A stretch of 64,000 nt of DNA from an uncultured Algibacter sp. (lineage in GTDB: Bacteria > Bacteroidota > Bacteroidia > Flavobacteriales > Flavobacteriaceae), in NCBI RefSeq assembly GCF_947487605.1, contig NZ_CANKXK010000011.1, forward strand, positions 47,759 through 111,758, in the 5' to 3' direction. The position numbers and the translations under genes were made by a program. Below are positions 1 through 8,748 of the stretch, one piece after another (position 1 is the stretch's first letter; every line of letters starts with the position of its first letter). The notes below the pieces were generated by a model. It worked only from the letters and a program-made list of their open reading frames with translations. It searched no databases and was not told the DNA's origin.

Positions 1-176
1 TCTGAAAAAACTTCAACACCTTTCGAAACAGAATTACAATAATAATGCAACCCATGTTTTATAAAAACATGATATGCCTCTTGTATAGCTCCATGCTTCG
101 AATGATATTGCTCATCCCATTCTGGCAAATGAATTGTAGAAGAACCATCACCAGTTATAACAATTTTTCGTTCCAA
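1..176 (-). CDS. mnmD: MnmD/MnmC-type tRNA 5-methylaminomethyl-2-thiouridine methyltransferase, N-terminal fragment (gene runs off the left edge)
   Basis: Own minus-strand translation from TTG 176-174: LERKIVITGDGSSTIHLPEWDEQYHSKHGAIQEAYHVFIKHGLHYYCNS... The T.DGS.T...PE..E.YHS.HGA..E..HVFI..GL pattern is the N-terminal signature I associate with MnmD. Open to position 1. Start codon uncertain. Too short for the ORF track. Confidence 0.5.
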   Translation of the reverse strand, partial: MERKIVITGDGSSTIHLPEWDEQYHSKHGAIQEAYHVFIKHGLHYYCNSVSKGVEVFS

Positions 177-178
177 AA

Positions 179-682
179 TTATTGAATTACTAGAACGCCA
201 TCTGCCTCAAACGAATAGGTTCTCTTGGGTTCTGTTATTTTGGCTATTTCCTCTGCAGATTTACCCGCATCTTTAGCATAATGACGTTGTTCATCAACAG
301 AAACTTCTTTTACGTAAGCCTGTCCGTTTACAATAACTTCTTTACCTGAAATATCCTTGGGTACAAAAAAACCATAATCTTTAAACTTAACCATAATTTC
401 ACTCCCATCGCCAGTATTTAAAATCATCCAACAACCTTTTGCTTGACAAACCTCACTAACTTTTGCCTTCATTTTAGAATTGATACTATCTCCTGTCTGC
501 ATAGTCTTATAATGTGCAGCCATTGAGGTTACATCTATGGCATCATCAGCAATAATATCTTTACCAAAAGACGCATATTCTATTTTTTCTTCTTCTAGTT
601 GTACCTCGGCGTTGTTAGCGCTTTTCTTTTTGCAAGAATTTAACACTAATACACTGATAATTAATAAGGTAATTCGCTTCAT
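179..682 (-). CDS. DUF4920-like lipoprotein, function unknown
   Basis: ORF track 167 aa. Lipoprotein-type signal peptide ending LNSC. Central QAKGCWM motif as I recall for DUF4920 proteins. Confidence 0.7.
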   Translation of the reverse strand: MKRITLLIISVLVLNSCKKKSANNAEVQLEEEKIEYASFGKDIIADDAIDVTSMAAHYKTMQTGDSINSKMKAKVSEVCQAKGCWMILNTGDGSEIMVKFKDYGFFVPKDISGKEVIVNGQAYVKEVSVDEQRHYAKDAGKSAEEIAKITEPKRTYSFEADGVLVIQ

Positions 683-747
683 GGTATGAATATTTCAATT
701 TTAAACGATTTATGTAAATATACCCCTTTTTTAAAAACGTTTTTGTA

Positions 748-755
748 TAAATTTG
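748..755 (+). promoter_or_regulatory. Bacteroidota sigma-A -7 box candidate (TAAATTTG) for ilvE
   Basis: Exact match to the TAnnTTTG consensus 22 nt upstream of the ilvE ATG, in a divergent intergenic region. Confidence 0.35.
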
Positions 756-776
756 TAGTAATAAATTACTTGGCTT

Positions 777-1844
777 ATGAATGCTATAATCAATGACATA
801 GAGGTTATAAAAGCAAAAACTTCCAAAATTACAGAAGTTGACTTTAACAACTTAAAATTTGGAAATACATTTTCAGATCACATGTTAGTTTGTGATTATA
901 AAGAGGGTAAATGGCAAGCTCCTAAAGTAATGCCATATCAATCTATTTCTTTAGATCCTTCTGCAAAGATTTTTCATTACGGACAATCTGTTTTTGAAGG
1001 AATGAAGGCTTATAAAGATGCTGATGAAAACGTCTGGTTATTTCGTCCCTTAGATAATTTTAAGCGTTTAAATATTTCATCAAAGCGATTAGCTATTCCA
1101 GAACTCCCTGAAAGTTATTTTATGGATGGTTTAAAAACGTTATTGCAAGTGGATAGTGATTGGATTCCAAAAAATGAAGGAAGTTCATTATACATTAGAC
1201 CGTTTGTATTTGCTTCTGGCAATGGTTTTCATGCCTCACCTGCAGATGAATACAAGTTCATAATAGCAACTGCTCCTTCAGGATCTTATTTCTCAGGAAA
1301 GGTGCGCGTTTTAATTGAACAAAAATACTCTCGTTCTGCCAATGGAGGTGTTGGATTTGCTAAAGCCGGAGGAAACTATGCTGGTCAATTTTATCCAACC
1401 CAATTAGCGGTTGAAAAAGGGTATCAACAAGTTATATGGACAGATGATAATACACATGAGTATATAGAAGAAGCTGGAGCTATGAATATTTTTGTTCGTA
1501 TTAACGATACATTAATAACGGGTCCAACAAGTGATAGAATTTTGGATGGTATAACAAGAAAGAGCATCATCCAATTAGCAGAATCTGAAGGTATTCCTGT
1601 TGAAGTAAGAAAACTTTCGGTACATGAAGTGGTTGCTGCTGCAAAAGATGGCTCGTTAAAAGAAATGTTTGGTGCTGGTACTGCAGCGGTAATTTCACCT
1701 ATTTCTGGATTTGGTTATAAAGATAAAGATTATGATTTACCAGAATTGAAGGATACTTATGCTAGTTACTTAAAAAAGCGTATTACAGATATCCAAACTA
1801 ATAAAGCTGAAGATCCATATGGATGGCGTTATGCAGTTAAATAG
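777..1844 (+). CDS. ilvE: branched-chain-amino-acid aminotransferase (fold type IV PLP enzyme)
   Basis: 355 aa. FHYGQSVFEGMKAY, LYIRPF, GGNYAG and EEAGAMNIF blocks are typical of the long form of IlvE. Confidence 0.92.
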   Translation: MNAIINDIEVIKAKTSKITEVDFNNLKFGNTFSDHMLVCDYKEGKWQAPKVMPYQSISLDPSAKIFHYGQSVFEGMKAYKDADENVWLFRPLDNFKRLNISSKRLAIPELPESYFMDGLKTLLQVDSDWIPKNEGSSLYIRPFVFASGNGFHASPADEYKFIIATAPSGSYFSGKVRVLIEQKYSRSANGGVGFAKAGGNYAGQFYPTQLAVEKGYQQVIWTDDNTHEYIEEAGAMNIFVRINDTLITGPTSDRILDGITRKSIIQLAESEGIPVEVRKLSVHEVVAAAKDGSLKEMFGAGTAAVISPISGFGYKDKDYDLPELKDTYASYLKKRITDIQTNKAEDPYGWRYAVK

Positions 1845-1870
1845 CTAACTTATAATATATTACAAAAAAA

Positions 1871-2002
1871 GAGGCTGTCTAAAAATTAAGTTAGATGTCA
1901 TATTGAGCTTGTCGAAATGTTTTTAACTTACTAATTAGTCAATATCGGTTTCGACAGGCTCAACCTGACAAATCAAGCTATAAAGACTTTTTAGACAGCC
2001 TC
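1871..2002. repeat. 132-bp nested-hairpin intergenic repeat, copy 1 (outer arms GAGGCTGTCTAAAAA / TTTTTAGACAGCCTC; inner arms GTCATATTGAGCTTGTCGAAAT / GTTTCGACAGGCTCAACCTGAC)
   Basis: Read directly. About 90 percent identical to 53597-53729. Flanked by an A-run and a T-run, and sits between convergent genes, so it probably also acts as a bidirectional terminator. Confidence 0.85.
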
Positions 2003-2008
2003 TTTTTT

Positions 2009-2413
2009 TTATACTTTTAAAATAGATTCGATATTAGGTTTAAAATAATTAGGTCCTTTTAAAACCTTTCCATCTTCACGATAAATTGGTTGTCCGTCTT
2101 CGCCTAATTTACTCATATTACTTCGTTGGATTTCATCAAAAACTTCTTCTATTTTATACTGCATTCCATGTTCTATAATAGTTCCGCATAATATGTAAAG
2201 CATATCGCCTAATGCATCGGCAACTTCAATTAAGTCATTATTATTAGCAGCTTCTAGGTACTCTTCATTTTCTTCGCGCATCAATTTATAGCGTAACATA
2301 TTTTTTGCCAAACCTAAATCTGCCTTAGGTGTTTCTCTATGCCCAATTTTAAATGCTGTATGAAATGCTTTTACTGCTTCTATTTTGTTCTTCATTAACA
2401 ATATATTTTTCAT
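2009..2413 (-). CDS. MazG-like nucleoside triphosphate pyrophosphohydrolase family protein
   Basis: 134 aa all-alpha protein with REENEEYLEA ... ADALGDMLY (EExxE...D metal-binding pattern of the MazG/HisE superfamily). The true start may be M7 at 2395. Confidence 0.7.
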   Translation of the reverse strand: MKNILLMKNKIEAVKAFHTAFKIGHRETPKADLGLAKNMLRYKLMREENEEYLEAANNNDLIEVADALGDMLYILCGTIIEHGMQYKIEEVFDEIQRSNMSKLGEDGQPIYREDGKVLKGPNYFKPNIESILKV

Positions 2414-2441
2414 TTCCCTAAATAAGGAAATCTGTTTTCAT

Positions 2442-2449
2442 TAAATTTG
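2442..2449 (+). promoter_or_regulatory. -7 box candidate (TAAATTTG) for the small membrane protein gene
   Basis: Exact TAnnTTTG match 16 nt before the ATG at 2465. It overlaps the TTG that the ORF track used as a start. Confidence 0.35.
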
Positions 2450-2464
2450 TATAAAAATAACTAT

Positions 2465-2650
2465 ATGTTTAGTAAAGGTCAAATCATTTTCGGAGTTTTA
2501 TTTTTTATTGCTTTTGCTATAATAATTGCTTTTACTTATCGAAAAGATTTAAAACTTCATAAACGATTCTACGCTGGTAGTGTTTGGATTCTTATTGCCT
2601 TTATAGCTTTTATCCTGTTTATTACTGCTATTAAATTTTTATTCAAATAA
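2465..2650 (+). CDS. small two-TM membrane protein, function unknown
   Basis: ORF track 2447..2650. I prefer the ATG at 2465 (MFSKGQIIFGVLFF...) because the TTG start lies inside the predicted -7 box. Two clear hydrophobic helices. Confidence 0.5.
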   Translation: MFSKGQIIFGVLFFIAFAIIIAFTYRKDLKLHKRFYAGSVWILIAFIAFILFITAIKFLFK

Positions 2651-2679
2651 ATTCTTTATCAATTTCGCAATAAATATTA

Positions 2680-2709
2680 TGTGACTTAGTGGGAGAATTG
2701 TGGTCTAAA
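2680..2709 (+). promoter_or_regulatory. weaker copy of the tandem TGTGACT.A / TGTG.TCT.AA motif
   Basis: TGTGACTTAGT and TGTGGTCTAAA start 19 nt apart, the same spacing as the strong copies at 15789 and 18260. Lies about 80 nt upstream of the small ORF at 2792. Confidence 0.3.
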
Positions 2710-2791
2710 CTGTTATATAATAAACCCCTTGAAATTAAACGCAACCAATCGATTTAATTTGTATCTATTTTATAACTAAATCAAACAGGCA

Positions 2792-2878
2792 ATGAAAATA
2801 CTTTTACTCGTTACAGTGCTTATTGTTATTAACCTACTTTTACTCGTTTTTAGCGTAAACAAAAAAACAGATCCTTGA
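2792..2878 (+). CDS. 28-aa hydrophobic peptide MKILLLVTVLIVINLLLLVFSVNKKTDP (candidate small membrane protein)
   Basis: Own translation, below the ORF-track cut-off. The stop is embedded in a terminator hairpin. No homology knowledge. Confidence 0.3.
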   Translation: MKILLLVTVLIVINLLLLVFSVNKKTDP

Positions 2879-2895
2879 TTAAAGAATCTGTTTTT
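2861..2895. terminator. bidirectional intrinsic terminator
   Basis: AAACAGAT (2865-2872) pairs with ATCTGTTT (2886-2893). A-run upstream and T-run downstream. Lies between the small + ORF and the 3' end of the minus-strand M49 peptidase gene. Confidence 0.6.
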
Positions 2896-2920
2896 AAATA
2901 AATTTACAAACCTATTACCT

Positions 2921-4957
2921 CTAATTTACCTCGGGTAAAAAATTATAGTGTTTGCTATAATCTAACATTTGTCCAGAAAAGGTTTCTGGTTGCGTAACCT
3001 TTACTGCTGTTATTTCTCCAGCATCGTTAGTTTCTGGTATTAAAACTGGATTTACAAAACCACTGTAAGGAGCTGATGGGAACTGTTTATTTCTTTCTAA
3101 AACTTCGGTATGAATAGCTTGGTCTACTTTTACGCCATAACCTTCAACTAAGGCTTCAACGGCAGCATAATCGCCTTCCGATTTTATACGTTGTGTTTCA
3201 CGTAGTAACTGTCCAAATAAATCATGAAGCTTATCATAATCATTAATATTAAAATAGGTTTTTCCATCACGCGTAACTTTTTCAATCACATTATCGGCTT
3301 TACCTTTTTCGTAAGCCCAAGCAGAAACCCATTGTCTGTTTCGCATATGCGCTTCTTCAACATCGTCTCCTAAGTTTAAACGTATTAATTGCGTCATTAA
3401 TCCGTTTCTTATATAGCCATCGTAGGCTGCTTTTCCAATTGATTTCCAATCTTCAACCAAACCTAACTCTTGAAGCTTAGAATTGTATAAATAATATAAC
3501 CCAACTAAATCGGCACGTCCTTCTTCTAAAGTAGAGGCATAATTTTTTAAAGTTTCCTTTGTTTCACCAACTCCAGGATTTAACTGCCCAGAGGCATGAC
3601 CTATTACTTCGTGTAGCGCTGTATGTAATTTATCGGCTAATTGCCCATATTTTTCTTCTAATTCAAGCTCCTCTTTATCGTGAACAAATTCTTTAAGGCG
3701 TCCCGAACTCGATGCATTATTATAAGCATTTGTTATATTTCCTAGCGAGACCGACTTACTTCCAACTGCTTTTCTAATCCAATTGGCATTTGGTAAATTT
3801 ACCCCTATTGGTGTACTTGGTGAAGCATCACCTGCTTCTCCTGCTACACTAACTACTTTATAAGTTATACCAACCACATTCTTCTTTTTATGTTCGTCCA
3901 TTAGCGGTGAGTTATCTTCAAACCATTGTGCATTTTCAGATAAAACTGCCATTTTTTGAGACATATCAAAATCATTAATCTGGACGATAGTCTCATACGA
4001 ACCTCTATAACCCAACGGATCATTATATACCTCAATAAAGCTATTAATATAGTCTATATCGCCTTCCGTAGCGCCTGTCCAGGCCACATTATAATCATCC
4101 CAAGTTTGCAAATCACCCGTTTTATAATAGTCTATTAATAATCCTAAGGCATTTTCTTGAGCTTCATTTTCAGCAACGCCTTTAGCCAATTCTAACCACT
4201 TTACAACCTCATCAATTGCCGAACCATATAATCCTCCAGATTTATAGACGCGTTCTTTAAGTGCACCATTTTCTTTAACCAATTGAGAATTTAATCCAAA
4301 TGATAAAGGTTTATCAGGGTTTGGTGATACTTTAGCTTTATAAAAACTTTCAACATCAGCATTTGTAACATCTGGTCCATAAAAATTAACCGCAGAAAGA
4401 GCTACATTATCCACACCTTTGGCTTGATTTACTTTTTTACTATCGGCATCATTAAAAATAACATCAAACGCATCTCCTTCTAAAGTAGTATTTGTCGCAG
4501 CTAGTAATTGACTTAAATAATCTGACGAAAACTCAGGCTTTAATTTATCATTCGAATAATGATGATGAATACCATTACTAAACCAAACACGCTTTAAGTA
4601 GGTTTCAAAAGTACTCCAATCTTTGGAAGATTTGTCGCCGTCATAATTCGTATAAACATTTTCTAGAGCCTTTCTAATCTTTAAATTGTGACGATAATTT
4701 TGATCCCACATTATATCTCTTCCAGAAAGTCCAGCTTGCGTTAAGTAATAAACAAGTTTTTGTTGCTTTAACGAGAGGTTATCCCATCCTGGGATTTGGT
4801 ATCGTAGAATTTTAATATCGGCAAATTGCTCTACATTATAATTAAATTCGGTAGGTTCAGCAATTGCTGGTTCTTCTTGTTTTTTAGATTTATCGTCCAC
4901 GCATGACGACAAAAAGGCAGCAACTAATAAGATGCTTAAGAATGATTTTAGTTTCAT
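2921..4957 (-). CDS. peptidase family M49 (dipeptidyl-peptidase III-like) zinc metallopeptidase, lipoprotein
   Basis: 678 aa. LHEVIGH plus downstream EEGRAD matches the HExxGH / EExRA(E/D) double signature of M49. Lipoprotein signal ...FLSSC. Confidence 0.85.
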   Translation of the reverse strand: MKLKSFLSILLVAAFLSSCVDDKSKKQEEPAIAEPTEFNYNVEQFADIKILRYQIPGWDNLSLKQQKLVYYLTQAGLSGRDIMWDQNYRHNLKIRKALENVYTNYDGDKSSKDWSTFETYLKRVWFSNGIHHHYSNDKLKPEFSSDYLSQLLAATNTTLEGDAFDVIFNDADSKKVNQAKGVDNVALSAVNFYGPDVTNADVESFYKAKVSPNPDKPLSFGLNSQLVKENGALKERVYKSGGLYGSAIDEVVKWLELAKGVAENEAQENALGLLIDYYKTGDLQTWDDYNVAWTGATEGDIDYINSFIEVYNDPLGYRGSYETIVQINDFDMSQKMAVLSENAQWFEDNSPLMDEHKKKNVVGITYKVVSVAGEAGDASPSTPIGVNLPNANWIRKAVGSKSVSLGNITNAYNNASSSGRLKEFVHDKEELELEEKYGQLADKLHTALHEVIGHASGQLNPGVGETKETLKNYASTLEEGRADLVGLYYLYNSKLQELGLVEDWKSIGKAAYDGYIRNGLMTQLIRLNLGDDVEEAHMRNRQWVSAWAYEKGKADNVIEKVTRDGKTYFNINDYDKLHDLFGQLLRETQRIKSEGDYAAVEALVEGYGVKVDQAIHTEVLERNKQFPSAPYSGFVNPVLIPETNDAGEITAVKVTQPETFSGQMLDYSKHYNFLPEVN

Positions 4958-5103
4958 AGTAATATTAATTTATTGTTCTTCAAAATATGGGCAATTAAAC
5001 GATTAAAATTATTGATTAATCTGAATTTTAGATATTTAATTAGTGAATATTTATTTTTTGAACAGCAAATGTAATAATTTATTAACGGAAATTTAAAAAT
5101 GAT

Positions 5104-5111
5104 TATATTTG
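5104..5111 (+). promoter_or_regulatory. -7 box candidate (TATATTTG)
   Basis: Exact TAnnTTTG match 34 nt upstream of the ATG at 5145. Confidence 0.35.
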
Positions 5112-5144
5112 ATTTTACATTTTAACTAAATTTAAAACCATATC

Positions 5145-6164
5145 ATGAAAGCTTTTAAGTACATCCTTTTTTTATTATTAATTGCTATTATTGGCGGAGC
5201 CATTTATATTGCTGTTCAACCAGATTCTTTTGATGTAACAAGGAGTCGAACCATAAAAGCCCCAACCTCGGTAGCTTATAATAACATAATTGATTTTAAA
5301 AACTGGGAAGCTTGGTCTCCATGGGTTGAAAAAGAACCTAGTACTGTCATCACATTAAGTGAACAAACTAAAGGTGTAGATGGGTTTTATACATGGGAAG
5401 ACAAAGACGGCATAGGTACTATGAAAACTATTGCTACTGAAATCAATAAAACTATTACTCAAGACATGCAATTTGCAGATTTTCCGCCTTCTAAAATAAA
5501 TTGGACTTTCAACCCTAACAACGATGGCTCAACCGAAGTCATTTGGAATATGAAAGGTAAAGATTTACCCTTTGACTTTAAAGCCTACACAGCATTTGCA
5601 GGTAGTATGGACGAACAGGTTGGTCCAGATTTTGAACGAGGATTAGAAAAGTTAGACAGCATTTTAGTTGCAGATATGAAAAAATATAGTGTAGAAGTAA
5701 ATGGCATCACGCAGCACGGTGGTGGCTATTATTTATACACAACAACCTCGTGTAAAATTTCTGAATTAGAAAGTAAAATGCAAGAAATGATGCCAAAAGT
5801 TGGTATGTATGCCATGAGTAATAATATTAAAATGGCTGGAGCACCTTTTACACACTATCATAAATGGGACGAAGCAAATAATGCTGTTATGTTTTCTGCT
5901 TGTGTGCCAACTACCGAAAAAATTATTACAACAGATAGTGAGATATTAACGGGACAATTAGCCTCTTTTAAAGCAGTTAAAACAACACTTAAGGGAAACT
6001 ACAAAAACTTAAAAGAAGCTTGGGATGAAGCCATGAAATATATTCCAGAAAACGGATTAGAATTTGCCGAAAATGGACCAATGCTTGAAGCCTACCTTAA
6101 CGACCCAATGAGCAACCCAAACCCAGCAGATTGGATTACTGAAATTTATATCGCCGTAAAATAG
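5145..6164 (+). CDS. membrane-anchored SRPBCC-domain / GyrI-like effector-binding-domain fusion protein
   Basis: 339 aa. N-terminal TM helix. The first half resembles SRPBCC (polyketide cyclase-like) proteins. The C-terminal half (GNYKNL..AW......IPENGL........LE.YLNDP) resembles the GyrI-like small-molecule-binding fold. Confidence 0.6.
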   Translation: MKAFKYILFLLLIAIIGGAIYIAVQPDSFDVTRSRTIKAPTSVAYNNIIDFKNWEAWSPWVEKEPSTVITLSEQTKGVDGFYTWEDKDGIGTMKTIATEINKTITQDMQFADFPPSKINWTFNPNNDGSTEVIWNMKGKDLPFDFKAYTAFAGSMDEQVGPDFERGLEKLDSILVADMKKYSVEVNGITQHGGGYYLYTTTSCKISELESKMQEMMPKVGMYAMSNNIKMAGAPFTHYHKWDEANNAVMFSACVPTTEKIITTDSEILTGQLASFKAVKTTLKGNYKNLKEAWDEAMKYIPENGLEFAENGPMLEAYLNDPMSNPNPADWITEIYIAVK

Positions 6165-6165
6165 T

Positions 6166-6531
6166 ATGAAGCAATTATTATTAGTTTTTGTTGGTGGTGG
6201 CTTTGGTAGTGTTTTACGTTTTATTATCGGGAAATATTTAAATAGCACCGAAACGGGTATTCCTTATGGCACCTTTGCTGCTAATATTTTAGGAAGTTTA
6301 CTTATTGGTATTATTTTAGGTTTAGCTGCCAAAAATAATTCCTTATCCCAAAGTCAAACATTATTATTAGCAACAGGATTTTGTGGTGGCTTTACAACGT
6401 TCTCAACTTTTGCTTACGAGAACCATGTGTTCTTAAAATCTGGCGACTTTACAAGTTTTGCTTTATATACTATTGGCAGTTTTGTGGTTGGTTTTTTAGC
6501 AGTTTTTTTGGGGATGTTTTTGGCGAAATAA
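6166..6531 (+). CDS. crcB: fluoride ion channel CrcB/FluC
   Basis: 121 aa, four TM helices. GGGFGSVLRF and GFCGGFTTFSTF signatures. Confidence 0.9.
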   Translation: MKQLLLVFVGGGFGSVLRFIIGKYLNSTETGIPYGTFAANILGSLLIGIILGLAAKNNSLSQSQTLLLATGFCGGFTTFSTFAYENHVFLKSGDFTSFALYTIGSFVVGFLAVFLGMFLAK

Positions 6532-6631
6532 GCCTTGACTTAGTAAAAATTTCCAACCAGCTTCTTTAACGTATTTTGCACAAACAGCATCATAATAATA
6601 AGTTAGCAAAAGAACTTCATACAGGTATCAT

Positions 6632-7237
6632 TCAATGCTTACTAAAAGACTTCTCCCCTGCTTCTACTCTAGTTTTTAAATAATTCTTTCGAGGTACGAT
6701 TGGACACGAATATTTATCGTTGTAAGCACAGTATGGATTATAAGATTGATTAAAATCAATTATCATGGTATCGTCTTTAGGAATTCTAGCATCAATATAA
6801 CGGCCTCCACCATAACTTTCTTGTCCATTTGTTTCATCTAAAAAAGGCAGAAATAGATAGTCTTCATAGCCCTCTTTTTCAATCAAATCTAAATTTTGAT
6901 ATATATTTAAAATAAAAATTTCTCCTTTTAAAATAAAATTAAGTTCGCCGTATTTTACATGACTAAGCTCTATATCTGTCGTCGTTTTCATTTTAAAAGT
7001 CTTTTCATTTGGTGTTCTTTTAAAACTAGCTTCAACAACGTAAGTAGAATCAAACTTAAAAAACTCTAATCCCTTAAATACCTTACGGTCTTTATCTTTT
7101 AGCGGTGATTTACTAGCATCTTTAAAGATGGCGTTCTGTTCTTTTTGAAAGGCAGTTTCACCTAAAACTGGTCGCTTTTTTTGAGCACAACTTGTGAGAC
7201 AAATAATTGATATAAAAACACATATTCCAAATTTCAT
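6632..7237 (-). CDS. DUF1684 domain-containing lipoprotein
   Basis: 201 aa. C-terminal NQSYNPYCAYNDKYSCPIVPRKN block is the DUF1684 hallmark as I recall it. Confidence 0.7.
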   Translation of the reverse strand: MKFGICVFISIICLTSCAQKKRPVLGETAFQKEQNAIFKDASKSPLKDKDRKVFKGLEFFKFDSTYVVEASFKRTPNEKTFKMKTTTDIELSHVKYGELNFILKGEIFILNIYQNLDLIEKEGYEDYLFLPFLDETNGQESYGGGRYIDARIPKDDTMIIDFNQSYNPYCAYNDKYSCPIVPRKNYLKTRVEAGEKSFSKH

Positions 7238-7421
7238 TTTTAAAATAATTTGATTTCAAAAATACAACTTAAGAAAATTTTACATAGCTTTGACCTTTCA
7301 AAAGAAATAAAAATGCGTTGTAACGTCACAATTTATAGAAAGCAATGGACCTCTTGTTTAAAAACAAGTAGTTGGGCTTATAATATATTGTGGTGATATG
7401 AATATAAAATATTACAATATT

Positions 7422-7455
7422 AAAAAGTCCGACTTCGCAGTCGGACTTTTTTTTT
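7422..7455 (+). terminator. strong intrinsic terminator with no annotated gene upstream (orphan)
   Basis: GTCCGACT (7427-7434), loop TCGC, AGTCGGAC (7439-7446), followed by nine T. The flanking genes are divergent (DUF1684 on minus, MFS on plus), so it does not terminate either. Confidence 0.7.
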
Positions 7456-7497
7456 ACCAATTCAAATAAAATTCAAATATGTAGAAAACTAGAACTC

Positions 7498-8748
7498 ATG
7501 AACAAATTATTTAATAATTACCTAAATACCTTTAAAGGCCTATCGCAAGAAGTATGGTGGCTATCCCTAATAACACTTATAAATAGAGCTGGCACCATGG
7601 TAATTCCTTTTTTGTCCTTATACTTAAGAGAAAGTCTAAATTTCTCTTTTACTGATGTAGGCTGGGTAATGAGTGCTTTTGGATTAGGTTCTGTTATTGG
7701 GTCATGGCTAGGCGGTAAACTAACCGACAAAATAGGCTATTACAAAGTAATGGTTTACAGCTTGTTAGGAACAGGTGTCTTATTTATAACTTTACAATAT
7801 TTAACAACTTTTTCTGGATTTTGCTTTGGCATATTTCTGGTAATGTTGGTGGCAGATATGTTTCGTCCCGCCATGTTCGTGGCGCTGAGTGCATACAGTA
7901 AACCAGAAAATAAAACACGTAGTGTAACGCTAATTAGGTTAGCTATAAATCTTGGGTTTTCGGCAGGACCAGCTATTGGTGGGCTAATTATTACTACATT
8001 AAGTTATGGTGGGTTATTTTGGGTTGATGGTATTACTTGTATCGCTGCTACTGCTGTACTTATTAATGTTTTAAACCCAAAAACAACTAAAACTTTAGAT
8101 AATGTTAAAACTGAAAATCCTAAATCGGCTTATGGAGACAAAGCCTTTTTAATCTTTTTGGTTGCCATGGTACTTTTTGGAATTGTATTCCTGCAATATT
8201 TTTCTACCATGCCATTATACTATAAAGACGTACATGCTTTAACCGAATTTGAAATAGGTGTCCTTTTAGGAATGAACGGATTTATAATTTTTGCACTAGA
8301 AATGCCATTAATAAAATGGTTAGAAAATACCACGTTTACAAAATCTGGATTAATGCTTTTTGGAGCTATCTTAACCGGTTTAAGTTTTTTAATATTAAAC
8401 ATGTCTAATTGGGCAGGTGTTTTAATATTTGGTATGCTCTTGATGACTTTTGGTGAAATGATAGCCTTTCCTTTTTCTAATGCTTTTGCAATGGATAGAG
8501 CTAAAAAAGGAAATCAGGGAGAATATATGGCTCTTTATTCTATTTCATTTTCTATAGCACATATCTTTGGACATAATGCTGGTATGCGAATGGTAGATAA
8601 TCTAGGATTTGATAACACTTGGTATATTGTAACAATACTTGCTGCACTTTGTGTATTTTTATTATTTATTTTAAATCAGTATTTAAATATTAAGAAAAAA
8701 CAAAAAATGAAAGATATAGAAGAAGAAAAAGAAATTTTATGGATTTAA
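7498..8748 (+). CDS. MFS transporter
   Basis: 416 aa, about 12 TM helices, MFS-type loop motifs (GGKLTDKIGY). Confidence 0.8.
   Translation: MNKLFNNYLNTFKGLSQEVWWLSLITLINRAGTMVIPFLSLYLRESLNFSFTDVGWVMSAFGLGSVIGSWLGGKLTDKIGYYKVMVYSLLGTGVLFITLQYLTTFSGFCFGIFLVMLVADMFRPAMFVALSAYSKPENKTRSVTLIRLAINLGFSAGPAIGGLIITTLSYGGLFWVDGITCIAATAVLINVLNPKTTKTLDNVKTENPKSAYGDKAFLIFLVAMVLFGIVFLQYFSTMPLYYKDVHALTEFEIGVLLGMNGFIIFALEMPLIKWLENTTFTKSGLMLFGAILTGLSFLILNMSNWAGVLIFGMLLMTFGEMIAFPFSNAFAMDRAKKGNQGEYMALYSISFSIAHIFGHNAGMRMVDNLGFDNTWYIVTILAALCVFLLFILNQYLNIKKKQKMKDIEEEKEILWI

Noticed and set aside
4958-5144. Fluoride riboswitch upstream of the crcB operon
   Set aside because: I looked for the conserved GC-containing core of the crcB motif in the leader and found none. 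The region is almost pure A/T. It needs a covariance-model scan to be certain.
6057-6569. ORFs 6057-6248 (minus) and 6381-6569 (plus, alternative frame) overlapping crcB and its neighbour
   Set aside because: They overlap the well-supported crcB reading frame and have no motifs.
7313-7396. 27-codon ORF MRCNVTIYRKQWTSCLKTSSWAYNILW upstream of the orphan terminator
   Set aside because: It has no promoter or start context, an odd composition and stops well before the terminator. The region is more likely non-coding.
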